Origin: Schmidtea nova
Taxonomy: Eukaryota
Direction: 5' to 3'
Assembly: GCA_044892505.1 (NCBI GenBank)
Contig: CM097882.1
Location: forward strand, 93,558,001 to 93,622,000
DNA: 64,000 bases
In this document: positions 63,242 to 64,000 of the stretch, in pieces
Layout of the letters: each line of letters opens with the position of its first letter
Numbering within the stretch: position 1 is the stretch's first letter
Notes under the pieces: model-generated
What the model was told of the DNA's origin: nothing
Database searches by the model: none
The model's input: only the letters and a program-made list of their open reading frames with translations
Program-made: the position numbers and the translations under genes

Positions 63242-64000
63242 GAATTATTCATTACTTCCCAAATTTAGATATAAAAATTTTTTGATTGGGTTCATAATTT
63301 ATTTGTGATAACGGATAAGCCTGTATATGAATCAACTTTGAATTAATTCATTTTGGATTAATATTAGATGCGATTATCCCATAATAGCCAAAAAAACTTT
63401 TATAATATTATTACAATTTTCTACATCTTATTTGTGCGAATTCGGATTTTCAGCAATAACCAGAAAAAAAGATCGAGACTTTTAAATGTGGATGACGAAA
63501 TGAGAGTGGCATTATCCTTTTTACGACCGAATATAAACGAAATTATCAATAAACATCAAGCTCAAATTTCGCATTAAATGTATTCTTATAATTAATTTGC
63601 AATTAATCACTCAATAAACATTCTGTTGTCTTTCTAGTACATATTATTTTATTTTACATTGAAAATTATTATCATAAACTATTTTACAGTGTAAGAAAAA
63701 TTCTGTTAAACTTATTGTTGCTGTGCCGCGACGAAGAAAAGTTCGAGAATCACTGGATTAGATTATAAGCTTTGACATTTCCAGAAAAAAACAAAATTCA
63801 CGAAAAAACATTTCTTTTTAATACAGCATGTCAATAAATAAAAATTACTTATTGTCATATTTTTACCACCAATAACAATTGCAAACATGTCAGATAAAAC
63901 CATTCGCAACTCGGCAAAAAACTTTGCTTCTCACCATGTAACCATGATGAAATCCATTTGTCATTTTGATTTGATTTTGAAGCGAATAAAACAAAAAATA

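Larger units (their letters stand above)
61024..63755 (+). mobile_element. Charlie/ZBED5-type hAT (2732 bp), internally deleted and decayed
   Basis: Ends (T)AGTGATTCCCAAC / CAGTGATTCTCGAAC. Perfect 8-bp TSD GATTAGAT at 61016-61023 and 63756-63763. Fragments PECVVC..LSN..IVPRKL, LQINETANI, GICTDRTPAMSG, THCFLHRE and LNVDDEMRVALS. Confidence 0.95.

Overview
AT-rich eukaryotic (probably invertebrate animal) genomic window dominated by nested transposable elements. The many N blocks look like hard-masked simple repeats, but some could be gaps. I saw no rRNA, tRNA or CRISPR. One host gene is supported: three phase-compatible minus-strand exons (60377-60037, 55060-54797, 53995-52286) encoding an Asn/Gln-rich protein with the AUTS2/Fibrosin/Tay motif KRGHWCDMHVKIAYFIY. 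The mobile elements are: an intact 3.45-kb hAT (824-aa transposase, TIRs, 8-bp TSD) inserted in a Penelope retroelement that has an inverted partial copy; several more Penelope remnants carrying minimal hammerhead ribozymes; two decayed piggyBacs; a Charlie-type hAT with two nested MITEs; Tc1/pogo remnants; hAT MITEs; and a decayed BEL/Pao coding region inside an iMet-primed LTR pair. The most unusual signal is two unrelated LTR-type remnants that each put a ubiquitin-like domain at the front of a gag-like ORF. One ends in LRILGG; the other lies in an element that also carries a chuvirus-type glycoprotein (env-like) remnant and an orphan 284-aa ORF. All protein-family calls are by-eye motif recognition; no searches were run.
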